This document shows, one piece after another, positions 40,505 to 50,420 of a stretch of 64,000 nt of DNA (position 1 is the stretch's first letter; each line of letters opens with the position of its first letter). The notes beneath the pieces were generated by a model that worked only from the letters and a program-made list of their open reading frames with translations, had not been told where the DNA came from and did no database searches. This DNA comes from Arenicellales bacterium (GTDB taxonomy: Bacteria > Pseudomonadota > Gammaproteobacteria > Arenicellales > Poriferihabitantaceae). A program made the translations under genes and the position numbers. The stretch is from contig OZ241374.1 of assembly GCA_965200715.1 (NCBI GenBank), positions 709,697-773,696 of the forward strand, written 5' to 3'.

Positions 40505-41500
40505 ATGAAGTTTTACCAAATAGTCATTAGCACTGCGATCGCCGCTTTCATCGCAGTTACCGGTGTTGTTTTTGCAGCTGAAAAACCAGGCGATGGCGTT
40601 ACCGTACGACCCATTGAAGGTACGGTCTTAGAGGAGAGGTTTCAGAACCGCATTATCTACCGAGCTCTCGAAGAACTTGGCTATACGATTGGTGATCCCC
40701 AATCCGTTGAGTATCAAACGATTCACTTGGCACTTGGATCCGGAGATGGGGATTTTACGACCGTCCATTGGGATCCGTTGCATCTGGCATTTTATGAGGA
40801 AGCGGGTGGTGCAGCAGCGATGACTAAGGTTGGTAGCCTGATTAGTGGTGCCCTTCAGGGGTATTTGGTTGACAAGGCATCTTTCGATGCGGGAATCACC
40901 AATCTTGGGGATCTTAAAGATCCAAAGATCGCGGCCCGTTTTGATGCGGATGGTAATGGCACAGCTGACTTAGCCGGTTGTCCACCTGGCTGGGGTTGCG
41001 AGCGTGTCATCGAACATCATCTAAGCGAATTTGAACTGCGTGATACGGTCACTCACAATCAGGGGGCATACAATGCGGTCATTGCCGAAACCATCGCACG
41101 CATGCAGAGCGGTGAGTCTGTTATATATTATACATGGACTCCATACTGGGTTTCTGGCGTTCTGGTTCCCGGCGAGAATGTTGAATGGATTGAGGTACCA
41201 TATTCTTCGCTACCCGATGGTCGCACTGATAATACAGTATATGGGGGTCGTGACCTAGGATTTGCGGTTAACGAATTACGTATTCTAGCAAATAACGATT
41301 TTCTAGAGGCCAACCCAGCCGCAGCAAAACTATTCGAATTGGCGGAAATCGACATCAATGACGTATCGGCCCAGAATAACCAAATGCAGAATGGTGAGGA
41401 TTCGCTTGAAGCGATCGAAAGTCATGTTGAATCTTGGATCGAGGAGAATAAACAGGTATACGATGGTTGGATAGCCGCCGCACGGGAAGCCGCTGGCTAA
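40505..41500 (+). CDS. proX: Glycine betaine/proline betaine ABC transporter substrate-binding protein
   Basis: Signal peptide; VHWDPLH, GCPPGWGC and YYTWTPYW provide the three ProX aromatic-box Trp residues. Confidence 0.9.
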   Translation: MKFYQIVISTAIAAFIAVTGVVFAAEKPGDGVTVRPIEGTVLEERFQNRIIYRALEELGYTIGDPQSVEYQTIHLALGSGDGDFTTVHWDPLHLAFYEEAGGAAAMTKVGSLISGALQGYLVDKASFDAGITNLGDLKDPKIAARFDADGNGTADLAGCPPGWGCERVIEHHLSEFELRDTVTHNQGAYNAVIAETIARMQSGESVIYYTWTPYWVSGVLVPGENVEWIEVPYSSLPDGRTDNTVYGGRDLGFAVNELRILANNDFLEANPAAAKLFELAEIDINDVSAQNNQMQNGEDSLEAIESHVESWIEENKQVYDGWIAAAREAAG

Positions 41501-41900
41501 CCTAAACCAGGCAGAGATCTGCCCGATTTCGTTGCTCAACCGCAAGTCCGAGTGGACATAGCTTGGTTGTATATGTTTGGGGGTCGGGCATCTTGCCACT
41601 GTCTCCAGTCCAACATTCTCGACAGGTTTTGTCAGTAATAGCTATATCTTGATTAAGGGTTTGTTTTGTCTGGCGCTGTGAGTACTGTTGATAACCTATA
41701 AACATACCAAGCTACTATGAATGGGAATGGTCAAGTTAGTTGCTGGGGGTGGACTGCGAAGCATCAGGGCCTACAAGCGACTGGAATACACTACTGATGA
41801 CGGTGATCGATGATGCTTTGTTAAGTATGGAATGTTGATAGGTTGATAACCCTTTTCAGGCTCGGATTGTCTCCGCTTGGTCCTACTTCAATTTAGGGTG

Positions 41901-41922
41901 GTCTAACAAGCATCGGTTAGAC
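41901..41922 (-). terminator. Hairpin just after the ferredoxin stop
   Basis: GTCTAAC-N8-GTTAGAC, 7 nt past the stop codon. Confidence 0.3.
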
Positions 41923-41928
41923 TCATAA

Positions 41929-42249
41929 TCAGTACTGCTCTTCCGGTACGTTGACAATGAGTCCATCCATATCCTCGGTGATCTTGAGTTGACAACTTAG
42001 ACGACTAGTTTCGTCCGCGTCTTCGACAAATTCCAGCATTTCCTCTTCTAGTACTTCTTTGGGTGGCAGACGGTCTACCCAGAAGGGGTCGATGTGTACA
42101 TGGCAGGTTGCACAGCTACACGCACCGCCGCACTCGGCCAGTATACCCTGCAAGTTGTTGTTCTTGGCGACAATCATCACGCTCTCCCCAAGCAGGGCAT
42201 CAAGGATATATTCGCTTCCATCGTAGAGTATGTAATGAATGGAAGGCAT
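41929..42249 (-). CDS. [2Fe-2S] ferredoxin, adrenodoxin/putidaredoxin type
   Basis: AECGGACSCATCHVH and SRLSCQ. Confidence 0.95.
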   Translation of the reverse strand: MPSIHYILYDGSEYILDALLGESVMIVAKNNNLQGILAECGGACSCATCHVHIDPFWVDRLPPKEVLEEEMLEFVEDADETSRLSCQLKITEDMDGLIVNVPEEQY

Positions 42250-42698
42250 AATCTGAATGGAATGCTGCGTCCGGTTTGTTATAACTAGCCTTGGAGGATC
42301 AGTGCATGAAGTTGCTAGCTGTTTTGCCGAGCAAATCTACCATATTCATAAATTGGAACAGACTAACCAAGTGGAGAACGAAAACTTCGTCAAAGATATA
42401 TTATTATGCGATTATAGTTGATTCAGAAAAGGTTATAAAATTGAAAACTTATTTTCGTCAAAACCAAAATAGATGATAGGGGAGATTCTTCTTATGTTCT
42501 GAAAAAATATGTCATAAATTTATCTTTGAAGAGAATCACTAGCGAGAGCGGAGATTTTCACCTGAATCGAAAACTATGGATGATTTTGTGAAACTGTTAG
42601 TGTTGGGTAAGAGGTGGGTCCATTATCAGAATTCTTACCTTATCAAGGCATAGACCGGTCTTTTGTTTGATGATGGGGGGATTACTACTTCGAACCAC

Positions 42699-42743
42699 CA
42701 AACATTCCCTATACAAACATTCCCTATACAAATATTCTTTATT
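42699..42743. repeat. Short tandem repeat, 15 bp x2 plus a degenerate third unit
   Basis: CAAACATTCCCTATA CAAACATTCCCTATA CAAATATTCTTTATT at the proW stop. Confidence 0.7.
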
Positions 42744-43761
42744 CCCTATCCTGTTCCTGTTTCATCTTGTGCAATTTGGTGTGTTTGTGCCGATTGCTTT
42801 CGCCATTTGGTTTTGTACGTTTCCAGTAGCTTTTGATAGTGGTAAGGGCCAACCCAACTGGGCCTCCCTGCCACCAATGACGGTAGCCTCGTTCGCGTCC
42901 CGATCGGGTGACCCCTTGGGTAATTCGGTCAAGTATGACTGCTAGGATCACGATTCCGAGACCGCCGACGATCGCCTTACCGGCATCCAGTCGCCCCATG
43001 GCGCGCAACACCTCGTTACCCAATCCCTTAACAGCGATCATAGAGGCAATCACCACCATCGACAGGGACAGCATGATTGTCTGATTAACGCCTGCCATGA
43101 TAGTCGGCATGGCTAGCGGCAGTTCAACCTTAATCATGATCTGCGAGGGGCTGGCACCGAAAGCACGGGCTGCTTCGACGACACTCTGGTTGACTTGCCT
43201 TATCCCCAGAGAGGTGAGGCGGATAAGTGGTGGCACTGCAAAAACAATGGTTACGATGACCCCCGAAACATTGCCAATTCCCACCAGCATGACCACGGGA
43301 ACCAAGTAGACAAAGGCAGGAATTGTCTGCATTGTGTCAAGCACAGGCCGGACCGCACCCTCAAAACGGTTGGATTTGGCTGCCAGAACCCCAAGTGGAA
43401 ACCCGATTACCATGCACATGGCGACTGAAAATAATACGATGGCGAGCGTTGTCATAGCCAATGCCCAAGCCCCGGGGTCCAATAGTCCAAGTGCAACAAG
43501 AGAGATACAGACAATGATGGCCACGCGACGCCCTGAAAGTTGCCATGCCAGCAATGTTAGCAGAATGATCATGACTGTCGGAGGTACAGCCTGCAAAACG
43601 TTTTCAACGGAATTGATACTGTCGTTCAGAAAGTGCTTGATTGGCTGGATTGTGCCGCGATTTGCAGTAGCCCATTGCTTGATACCGTCTGCCCAGTCGG
43701 CGATACCGAGGTCAACATATTGAAAAGGGTCCAGCGGGCTGAATGTATTTTTTTCGTCCAA
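42739..43761 (-). CDS. proW: Betaine ABC transporter permease
   Basis: LDTMQTIPAFVYL, IRLTSLGIRQV, EAARAFGAS, GVNQTIMLSLSMVVIASMI, LDRITQ. Confidence 0.92.
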   Translation of the reverse strand: MDEKNTFSPLDPFQYVDLGIADWADGIKQWATANRGTIQPIKHFLNDSINSVENVLQAVPPTVMIILLTLLAWQLSGRRVAIIVCISLVALGLLDPGAWALAMTTLAIVLFSVAMCMVIGFPLGVLAAKSNRFEGAVRPVLDTMQTIPAFVYLVPVVMLVGIGNVSGVIVTIVFAVPPLIRLTSLGIRQVNQSVVEAARAFGASPSQIMIKVELPLAMPTIMAGVNQTIMLSLSMVVIASMIAVKGLGNEVLRAMGRLDAGKAIVGGLGIVILAVILDRITQGVTRSGRERGYRHWWQGGPVGLALTTIKSYWKRTKPNGESNRHKHTKLHKMKQEQDRE

Positions 43762-44859
43762 CTACTCTGCTCCTACCACGTTATTTAGACGGCCTTGAAT
43801 ACCGCGGATCAGGGCCTTTTTTGTTACAATCCCGACATGGGTTCCATCTTTCTCAATCATCAGCGGTGCATCCGTGTCGATGGAGAGTTCGGCTAAGCGA
43901 TCAAGAGTATCGTCTGGACATGCAGTTAACAGGTCAGATTTGTTTAAGGATTGTCCCGTCCTCGTCTCATAATCTGTCAACGATTCCATAATACGGGCTG
44001 CCGTAACAAGATGAAGTTTGGAAATGCCAGCCACGAAATCGGCTACATAGGCATCCTTGGGTTCCATCACGATTTGTTCGGGCGTCCCAACCTGGACTAG
44101 CATACCTTCTCGCATGATCGCGATGCGGTCTCCAATCCGGATCGCTTCATCTAGGTCGTGCGTAATAAACAGCGTGGTCTTTTTCATTTCTTTGGCCAGT
44201 TTCAGAAACTGATCCTGCAATTGTCTCCGAATCAATGGATCCAATGCCGAAAAAGGTTCGTCCATCAGCAGGAAGTGAGGGTCTGCCGCTATGGCCCTTG
44301 CTAGTCCGACACGCTGTTGCATGCCGCCAGACAGTTCATCTGGATATCGGTTCCCCCATCCGGCGAGCTCGACAATCTCGATGGCATTGTTGGCAATGTT
44401 GAATCGCTTTTTTCGATTATATCCGCGAACCTCGAGTGCAAAGGCTACGTTCTCGCGGACCGTGCGGTGGGGCATAAGTGCCATATTCTGAAACACCATG
44501 CCCATCTTTGACGCCCGCAAATCCCGAAGACCAGTAGGACTGAGGGTGCTAATGTTTTCCCCTTCTATCCAGACTTCACCAGCGGTCGGTTCGACCAAGC
44601 GGTTCAGGTGCCTGATCAGGGTGGATTTTCCAGACCCGGAAAGCCCCATGACACAGAAAATCTCCCCTTCGGAAACCGAAAACGACACATCCTGAACACC
44701 TACAATGCATCCGAATCTTTTCAAGATATTCTCCTTATTCAATCCTTCTGAGATGATGGCAGCCATAGCGCGATCTGAATCATCACCAAATATCTTCCAG
44801 AGATTCCGGCACTCGATCACTGGTTCGGTATCCTGTGGAAGTTGCTTATCGTACTTCAA
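43762..44859 (-). CDS. proV: Betaine ABC transporter ATP-binding protein
   Basis: NLWKIFG, MGLSGSGKST, LSGGMQQRVGLARA, LLMDEPFSALDPLIR, FITHDLDEA. Confidence 0.93.
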   Translation of the reverse strand: MKYDKQLPQDTEPVIECRNLWKIFGDDSDRAMAAIISEGLNKENILKRFGCIVGVQDVSFSVSEGEIFCVMGLSGSGKSTLIRHLNRLVEPTAGEVWIEGENISTLSPTGLRDLRASKMGMVFQNMALMPHRTVRENVAFALEVRGYNRKKRFNIANNAIEIVELAGWGNRYPDELSGGMQQRVGLARAIAADPHFLLMDEPFSALDPLIRRQLQDQFLKLAKEMKKTTLFITHDLDEAIRIGDRIAIMREGMLVQVGTPEQIVMEPKDAYVADFVAGISKLHLVTAARIMESLTDYETRTGQSLNKSDLLTACPDDTLDRLAELSIDTDAPLMIEKDGTHVGIVTKKALIRGIQGRLNNVVGAE

Positions 44860-45890
44860 TATCCTAACTCCCTGTTCACGCGGTTAACCAAGTCAAGTCC
44901 ATTTGCAAACCGTTGCAGATTGGAGAAGAACAAGTCCAGAGTCCGCGTAACATAACTGTCGCCGTCATCGGCAGACACATGTGGTGTGATGATCAGGTTT
45001 GGCATTGACCAGAGTCTAGAGTCTTGTTCAATTGGCTCGGGATTAAAGACATCTAGCACAGCACCCGCCAGTTTACCGGCTTCAAGCAAATCACAGAGTG
45101 CTTCATAATCCATCGCTGATTGCCGTCCGATATTAACGATGCCGCACGTGGGCTTGAGAACTCCCAGTCGCCGTCGGTCCATCATGCCATTGGTTTCCGG
45201 TGTGTCTGGCATAGCCAGAAAGAGGATGTCCGCATGCGGTAGAATCCTGTCGATTTGATCAACCGGAATGATCTTATCACAGCCTTTGACATCTCTACCA
45301 CTCCGATTGACTCCGATAAGGCAGGGACCCAGTGGCTCAAGTTTCTGAATCACAGCACTACCGAGGCTGCCTGTGCCAATCACAACGATCGTTTTGCCGG
45401 CAATTGGAGTGCTGTAAAGCGAGTTGTACACTCGATTACTTTGGTTGGTAATGATGGCGGGGATGTGATTGTGTAGCATCAGAACCGCCATGAGCCCATA
45501 TTCCCCTGCCTTGTCGGAATGTACGCCCTTGTTGTTGGTTAGTTCAACATTTGCCGGCAGCCATTTCAGTGGCAATAAGTGCTCAATACCTGCGCCGATG
45601 CAGTGAATCCAGCGCAGATTGAGTGCCCGCTGTGCAAGTCCCTTGGTTGGTAGGTTCCAGGTCAGCAGAATGTCAGTCTGGGTCATGGACGACCAGAAGT
45701 TATCCTCATCCCAGTCAAAGTACGGTTCCACCTTATCTATCAGATTCGGATATTTCTTTAAAGCTGAGCTGAACCGTTCCGGGTCGATCGTGAATACCTC
45801 TTCGCCCTCGGGTGTGTTCGGAAACGAACCGACTGCCCACCGGTTATTTTTTACATGAATGCGGAATTTGCTGTTGAATTCCTTGGTCAT
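44856..45890 (-). CDS. D-2-hydroxyacid dehydrogenase family protein
   Basis: HCIGAGIEH, VIGTGSLG, VNIGR, AVLDVF..EP, ITPHVS; stop overlaps the proV start (ATGA). Confidence 0.9.
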   Translation of the reverse strand: MTKEFNSKFRIHVKNNRWAVGSFPNTPEGEEVFTIDPERFSSALKKYPNLIDKVEPYFDWDEDNFWSSMTQTDILLTWNLPTKGLAQRALNLRWIHCIGAGIEHLLPLKWLPANVELTNNKGVHSDKAGEYGLMAVLMLHNHIPAIITNQSNRVYNSLYSTPIAGKTIVVIGTGSLGSAVIQKLEPLGPCLIGVNRSGRDVKGCDKIIPVDQIDRILPHADILFLAMPDTPETNGMMDRRRLGVLKPTCGIVNIGRQSAMDYEALCDLLEAGKLAGAVLDVFNPEPIEQDSRLWSMPNLIITPHVSADDGDSYVTRTLDLFFSNLQRFANGLDLVNRVNRELGY

Positions 45891-45949
45891 CGTTTCCTTT
45901 TACCTAGTTCCATCCAATCGGGTCAATCGAATGCATCGAAAACTCAGAA

Positions 45950-47320
45950 TCATGTCAATCCCTCTTTCTCGAACTGTTTCAGTTTTGCGATGATATAGGT
46001 ATCACGAATATCCAGAGGCTTATCTTCGGTAGCGAACTGCATCTCCATAACCACCTCTGTCACCTTCTTGAGGTATTTCCTGTCGTCCCCACCATTCTTC
46101 GGAAGATACAGGATCGTGTCTTGGCCATAGGTTCGAATAGCTCGGTCAGAGGCTTGCCAGGGTTGGGCTGGTTCCTCGCCTTGGGCGAGTTTCCGAATGA
46201 GTTTCCGGATTTTTCGTCGATACAGCGAAACACCCCGATCCGTCGGCATCAGGTTTTCCCCTTGGTGGGCGCTGATCGGTCCCATGCCTTCTACAGCTTC
46301 CGCATCCCCAGGTCTGCGTTGGCGCTCTTCATATGAGCGGTCTATGATCTCACCCTGTTCAATTAGTTCGCAGCCTTCCTGACTATTGTAATCATGTGGA
46401 TCGCCTCTTTCGCCGAAATTGGCCCAGGCTAGAACCATAGTATTGTGATCATCCACAGGAACTACCCAACGAGTAAACGAACTACGCCCGAAATAATGCG
46501 CACGGGTACCATCTGCAGTGAAGGCCGACCCCGCCTGTGTGAAATTGGGAAGCACTAACTCATTGACACGTATCCACACTAGATCACCAATACGCCTCGT
46601 GTTGCTACCGAGAAATTGAAGGCCGCGTTCGAAAACACGCAACTCCCCGATCTCTTTCATCGCCTCAGAAAACTGGACCCCGCTGTTCAGGCTATGTAGA
46701 AAAGAGGTGTGCACTGGATCCATGATTGCATCTAGTACCTGAATCCAGTTGCAATGGTAGTCCGCTCGATAGGGGCGTCTAGTGATGTCAGGTGTTTCGA
46801 AAGAATCGTAGTGGGGAAAGTCGGGCATCCTGTCTGTGGGACCGAGGTAGGCAAAGATTAGGCCGGCATACTCTACAACGGGATAGGCTCCGAGACGAAC
46901 TCTGGCGCGTAAGTCTGCGGCAGGCCCAGGCCCAGGTGCCTCCCCAGGAGTTTCGAGAATTTCGCCGTCCGGAGCGAATAGCCAACCGTGATAGCAACAC
47001 CGGATGCCGTTTTCCTCGCAACGACCATAGGCCAGCGATGCTCGGCGGTGTGGACAATGCCGGTGAACCAGACCAATTTCCCCGGCTGTCGTGCGAAACA
47101 GGATTAGATCCTCACCCAGTACTCGAATTTCCGTGGGTAATTCACCCACTTCAGATGTCAGGGCGACAGGATGCCAGTAGCGTCGCAGTAACTCCCCAGC
47201 CTTCGTAGCAACCCCAGTCTCGGCGAGTTCATGGTCATAGTCAAGCACTCGGGTACAATCGTAGCCGGAATATCCACTTCGTTTGATATTCTGGCCAGAT
47301 ATCGTGGTCATTTCTGTCAT
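45950..47320 (-). CDS. Rieske non-heme iron oxygenase alpha subunit (phthalate-dioxygenase/LigX-like, single-subunit type)
   Basis: Rieske ligands CPHRRASL...CCYHGW; mononuclear Fe site CNW...MDPVHTSFLH and a later DAEAV. Confidence 0.92.
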   Translation of the reverse strand: MTEMTTISGQNIKRSGYSGYDCTRVLDYDHELAETGVATKAGELLRRYWHPVALTSEVGELPTEIRVLGEDLILFRTTAGEIGLVHRHCPHRRASLAYGRCEENGIRCCYHGWLFAPDGEILETPGEAPGPGPAADLRARVRLGAYPVVEYAGLIFAYLGPTDRMPDFPHYDSFETPDITRRPYRADYHCNWIQVLDAIMDPVHTSFLHSLNSGVQFSEAMKEIGELRVFERGLQFLGSNTRRIGDLVWIRVNELVLPNFTQAGSAFTADGTRAHYFGRSSFTRWVVPVDDHNTMVLAWANFGERGDPHDYNSQEGCELIEQGEIIDRSYEERQRRPGDAEAVEGMGPISAHQGENLMPTDRGVSLYRRKIRKLIRKLAQGEEPAQPWQASDRAIRTYGQDTILYLPKNGGDDRKYLKKVTEVVMEMQFATEDKPLDIRDTYIIAKLKQFEKEGLT

Positions 47321-47522
47321 TCGAACCCCTTTTCATCGTTGATAGCAAAGTAGAACTCTGAAAACTGTCCCAGTTTTTATGTGCCTTGAAAGCCCATATC
47401 ATCCGCGGAGTCGTCTACCCCACTCTACCAAACAAAATTAACAAAAATTAACAACTTTTTCAAGTGTAGCGGTGATTTGCCAGAGATTCTCTCTAACTCG
47501 AATAAATCAATAGATAACAAGT

Positions 47523-48302
47523 TCAAGAGTTGTTAACCGTCAACGTCAGGATAAATTGAGTGATTAGAACGATTGCTAGAATTACCAATAGCACGTGTAG
47601 CATGTTCTTGTAAATTTCCTTACTGATATGGATGCCGATTTTCGTGCCAGCCCACAAACCGCACAAAGCTACTATTGCTGGTAACAGAGACTGGTAGATT
47701 AAGTTTAGATTTACCCAACCGGCCAAGCTTAAGATCACTAGCTGAGTAACCTTGCCGATCAAAAAACAGATGTTGAAGATCGGCAGAATTTTCGAACGTG
47801 CCATGGATTGATTCATAAAATAGATAATCAGTATTGCAACCATGACGTTCGTAATTCCCCCAGAGATGCCGGCAGTGAGTCCAAACCCACACATAATAGT
47901 TCTGTTGTAGTGGGGTAGCCATTCGGTATATTTCGAAGATCTTGTTCCGGTAAATAGATACAGAATGATTAACAGGGCGAGAGCCAGTCTGAATGGTGAT
48001 GGATCCATGGTTGCAAGCATCCAGGCGCCGATGATGGAACCGGCAATAGCGCCCAGAAACATTGGTGCATAGTCCTTGATGCTTCGCATTTGGTCGGTAC
48101 CACTAGCAATGGTAGCGACATTAACAGCGACCGTTGGGAGCAGAGTCATTAATATAGCCAATCGAACATCCAGAAATACGGCAATCAATGGTGTTGAAAC
48201 CATGGGAAACCCGATACCCAAGCTGCCATGCACGATGCCAGCAAAGAGCATGACACCGAGCAGGTAAAGGTAGATCAGAGATTCACTTGTGATGAGTTCC
48301 AT
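47523..48302 (-). CDS. TauE/SafE family permease
   Basis: FAGIVHGSLGIGF..VSTPL, AGISGG; about eight TM helices. Confidence 0.85.
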   Translation of the reverse strand: MELITSESLIYLYLLGVMLFAGIVHGSLGIGFPMVSTPLIAVFLDVRLAILMTLLPTVAVNVATIASGTDQMRSIKDYAPMFLGAIAGSIIGAWMLATMDPSPFRLALALLIILYLFTGTRSSKYTEWLPHYNRTIMCGFGLTAGISGGITNVMVAILIIYFMNQSMARSKILPIFNICFLIGKVTQLVILSLAGWVNLNLIYQSLLPAIVALCGLWAGTKIGIHISKEIYKNMLHVLLVILAIVLITQFILTLTVNNS

Positions 48303-48334
48303 AACTAGTGGATACTCATATCACGAATGCATAT

Positions 48335-49207
48335 TCAGGATTGTGTAGGAATCCCTGAATCAATCGCAAACTGGATGTAGTTCTCTCGCATGGTTTTGCT
48401 GATAGGGCCTGCTACACCATTACCTATTGGAACGTTATCCACTGAAATTACTGGAAGAATCAGGGAGGCTGCACCGCTCAAAAATGCTTCCTCTGCCGAA
48501 AAGACTTCATCAAGGCAAAACGCACGTTCTTCAATCGAAATCTGATGTGTATTTTTCAGTTTCATAAGAGCATTTCGAGTAACCCCCGGTAGTATATCTC
48601 TACTAAGTGGGCGGGTAATTACGCATTGATCCCGATAAATGAAGAAACTGCTACTACCGCATTCTGTAATTGTGCCATCGGATTCAATCATTAGCGCTTC
48701 ATCTGCTCCTTCATCCCGTGCATTTGATTTTGCTAGAACTTGTCCAAGCAAATTACAGGATTTGATATCGCGTCTCGCCCAACGGATATCAGGAACGGTT
48801 TTGAGTTTGGCCCCGCCTGGTAGTTTTGGATGCTGTAGCAAGGGTTTTTGTTGTGTGAACATGAATACTGTTGGAGTAAGATTCACTTCAACAAGAAAGT
48901 CCCGATCTGCAATTCCGCGACTCACCTGAATATAGACAACTCCTTCAGACAAATGGTTTCTCATAACCAACTCACGGAGTGATGCTAGCAGTTGCTTAGA
49001 ACTTATGGGGCAGGGGATAGACAATGAATCCAGAGAGCGAATGAGTCTTGCGTAGTGATTATCAAAGTTGATAAAGCGGTTAGAAAGGACAGGCACCACA
49101 TCATAAACAGCATCGCCGAAAAGTGTTCCTCGGTCGAATATCGAAATCTTTGCCTGACTCTCAGGCAGATACTCACCATTCAGATAGATAATGCGTTGTA
49201 AGGACAT
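48335..49207 (-). CDS. dat: D-amino-acid transaminase (PLP class IV)
   Basis: ISIFDRG..FGDAVY, YIQVSRG, RWARRDIKS (PLP Lys), ECGSSS, ILPGVTR. Confidence 0.88.
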   Translation of the reverse strand: MSLQRIIYLNGEYLPESQAKISIFDRGTLFGDAVYDVVPVLSNRFINFDNHYARLIRSLDSLSIPCPISSKQLLASLRELVMRNHLSEGVVYIQVSRGIADRDFLVEVNLTPTVFMFTQQKPLLQHPKLPGGAKLKTVPDIRWARRDIKSCNLLGQVLAKSNARDEGADEALMIESDGTITECGSSSFFIYRDQCVITRPLSRDILPGVTRNALMKLKNTHQISIEERAFCLDEVFSAEEAFLSGAASLILPVISVDNVPIGNGVAGPISKTMRENYIQFAIDSGIPTQS

Positions 49208-49230
49208 TCCTTACCTCGAATGTATGCGAT

Positions 49231-49536
49231 TTAAACGATGTTGTATTCAGTTAACATGACACGCTCACGTTTGCTGACGTGTGAAAGCGAATCTTGAGCA
49301 ACTTGTTGGCCAATTTCACTGGCATAGGCATCCAGAAAATCCTGTTGGCTGTCGAACCAGAGTTCGGACACAGCGTCCACTTCACCAGCCCCTTGTTCGG
49401 TTGAAAAATTAAATACTGCTTTGCGGATGTTGGGTAATTGACGGACTAGGGTTGCATGATGGTTTAGCCAGTGAGATTGAAACTCTTTAAACCCTAAGTC
49501 TTTTCGACGTTTCAGGACGATCATTGCTTTGAACAT
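49231..49536 (-). CDS. EthD family protein
   Basis: LKRR..L..EF..HW...H..LV..LP...DAVSELWFDS. Confidence 0.9.
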   Translation of the reverse strand: MFKAMIVLKRRKDLGFKEFQSHWLNHHATLVRQLPNIRKAVFNFSTEQGAGEVDAVSELWFDSQQDFLDAYASEIGQQVAQDSLSHVSKRERVMLTEYNIV

Positions 49537-50420
49537 GGTTCTCTCCGGTGTTGATAGATGGATTTCTTATTTGCGCCGGTCATTTGAATCGGCTGCGGTA
49601 TTTGTCGGGACCTCATTGTACCGAAGTTCGGGATTTTTCTATATAGTGTGAGAGCAGATCCGAATACATAATGTTCATCCGGTGTTCTACTTTTTTGCCG
49701 ATTCCTATTTTGTGATCATAGGGTACTTGAAATCAGAAAAATATCCAACTACAGTCCTAGAAATCTAAAAATCGATTGTTGTGGTTTCCTGACATCAGGC
49801 ACCTTTGGAAAAAGACAAGCAATGAACAGAAGGTATGCTGAATAATTTATGGAATTTCACGCTGGCGCCAGGTTGCCATGAGAAATTGACAGTGATCGTG
49901 GAAAAGATCCCCCCGCCAATGTGAGAGCCTGATAAAGGTATAGACTCAAACAATTGAAGTCGGAATGATGATTAGGGCGCACCGGCGCGGATTCCATCAG
50001 GGTTAAAGGGACAGGTTTCCTCACTCATAGGTCGGATATATGATTGCAACTCACTCTCCTCGAACTGAAAATTTTCATTGCAAAATTGGCGGATCCAATA
50101 TGGGTGTCTATGACCTAGTTTGCCTGGTGATAACTATTTGTTATTTCGCTGTGTCCTGGAAAAGAAGCCATAAACCCACAGAGATGCTGTTTCTCAGGCA
50201 AATCCAGCTACTGCGACTGGTACTACTCCCAGTGATTTTTTTCGACCCCCGCAATATTGTCTAACTTCAACAAGGACGGATCAAGTCAGTTAATGTATCA
50301 GTTATATGTCAGTTATTTCATAGTAGAGGAGGTGGTTGGAACGCCTAGTTATGATCGTTTCTATTCCCCCATACCTTAACTCGACCCTCACCTGAATACA
50401 ATAGGAGCAACCGAATTATC

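Noticed and set aside
42291-42660. Missing ferredoxin reductase for the Rieske system between proW and the ferredoxin
   Set aside because: AT-rich sequence with no FAD/NAD-binding motif remnants in any frame I examined.
49540-50420. 880-bp gap including ORF 50040-50264 and a VIDTHIGS string resembling a DNA methyltransferase motif
   Set aside because: No extended similarity in any frame and many stops; it may be a heavily decayed gene, but cannot be assigned.
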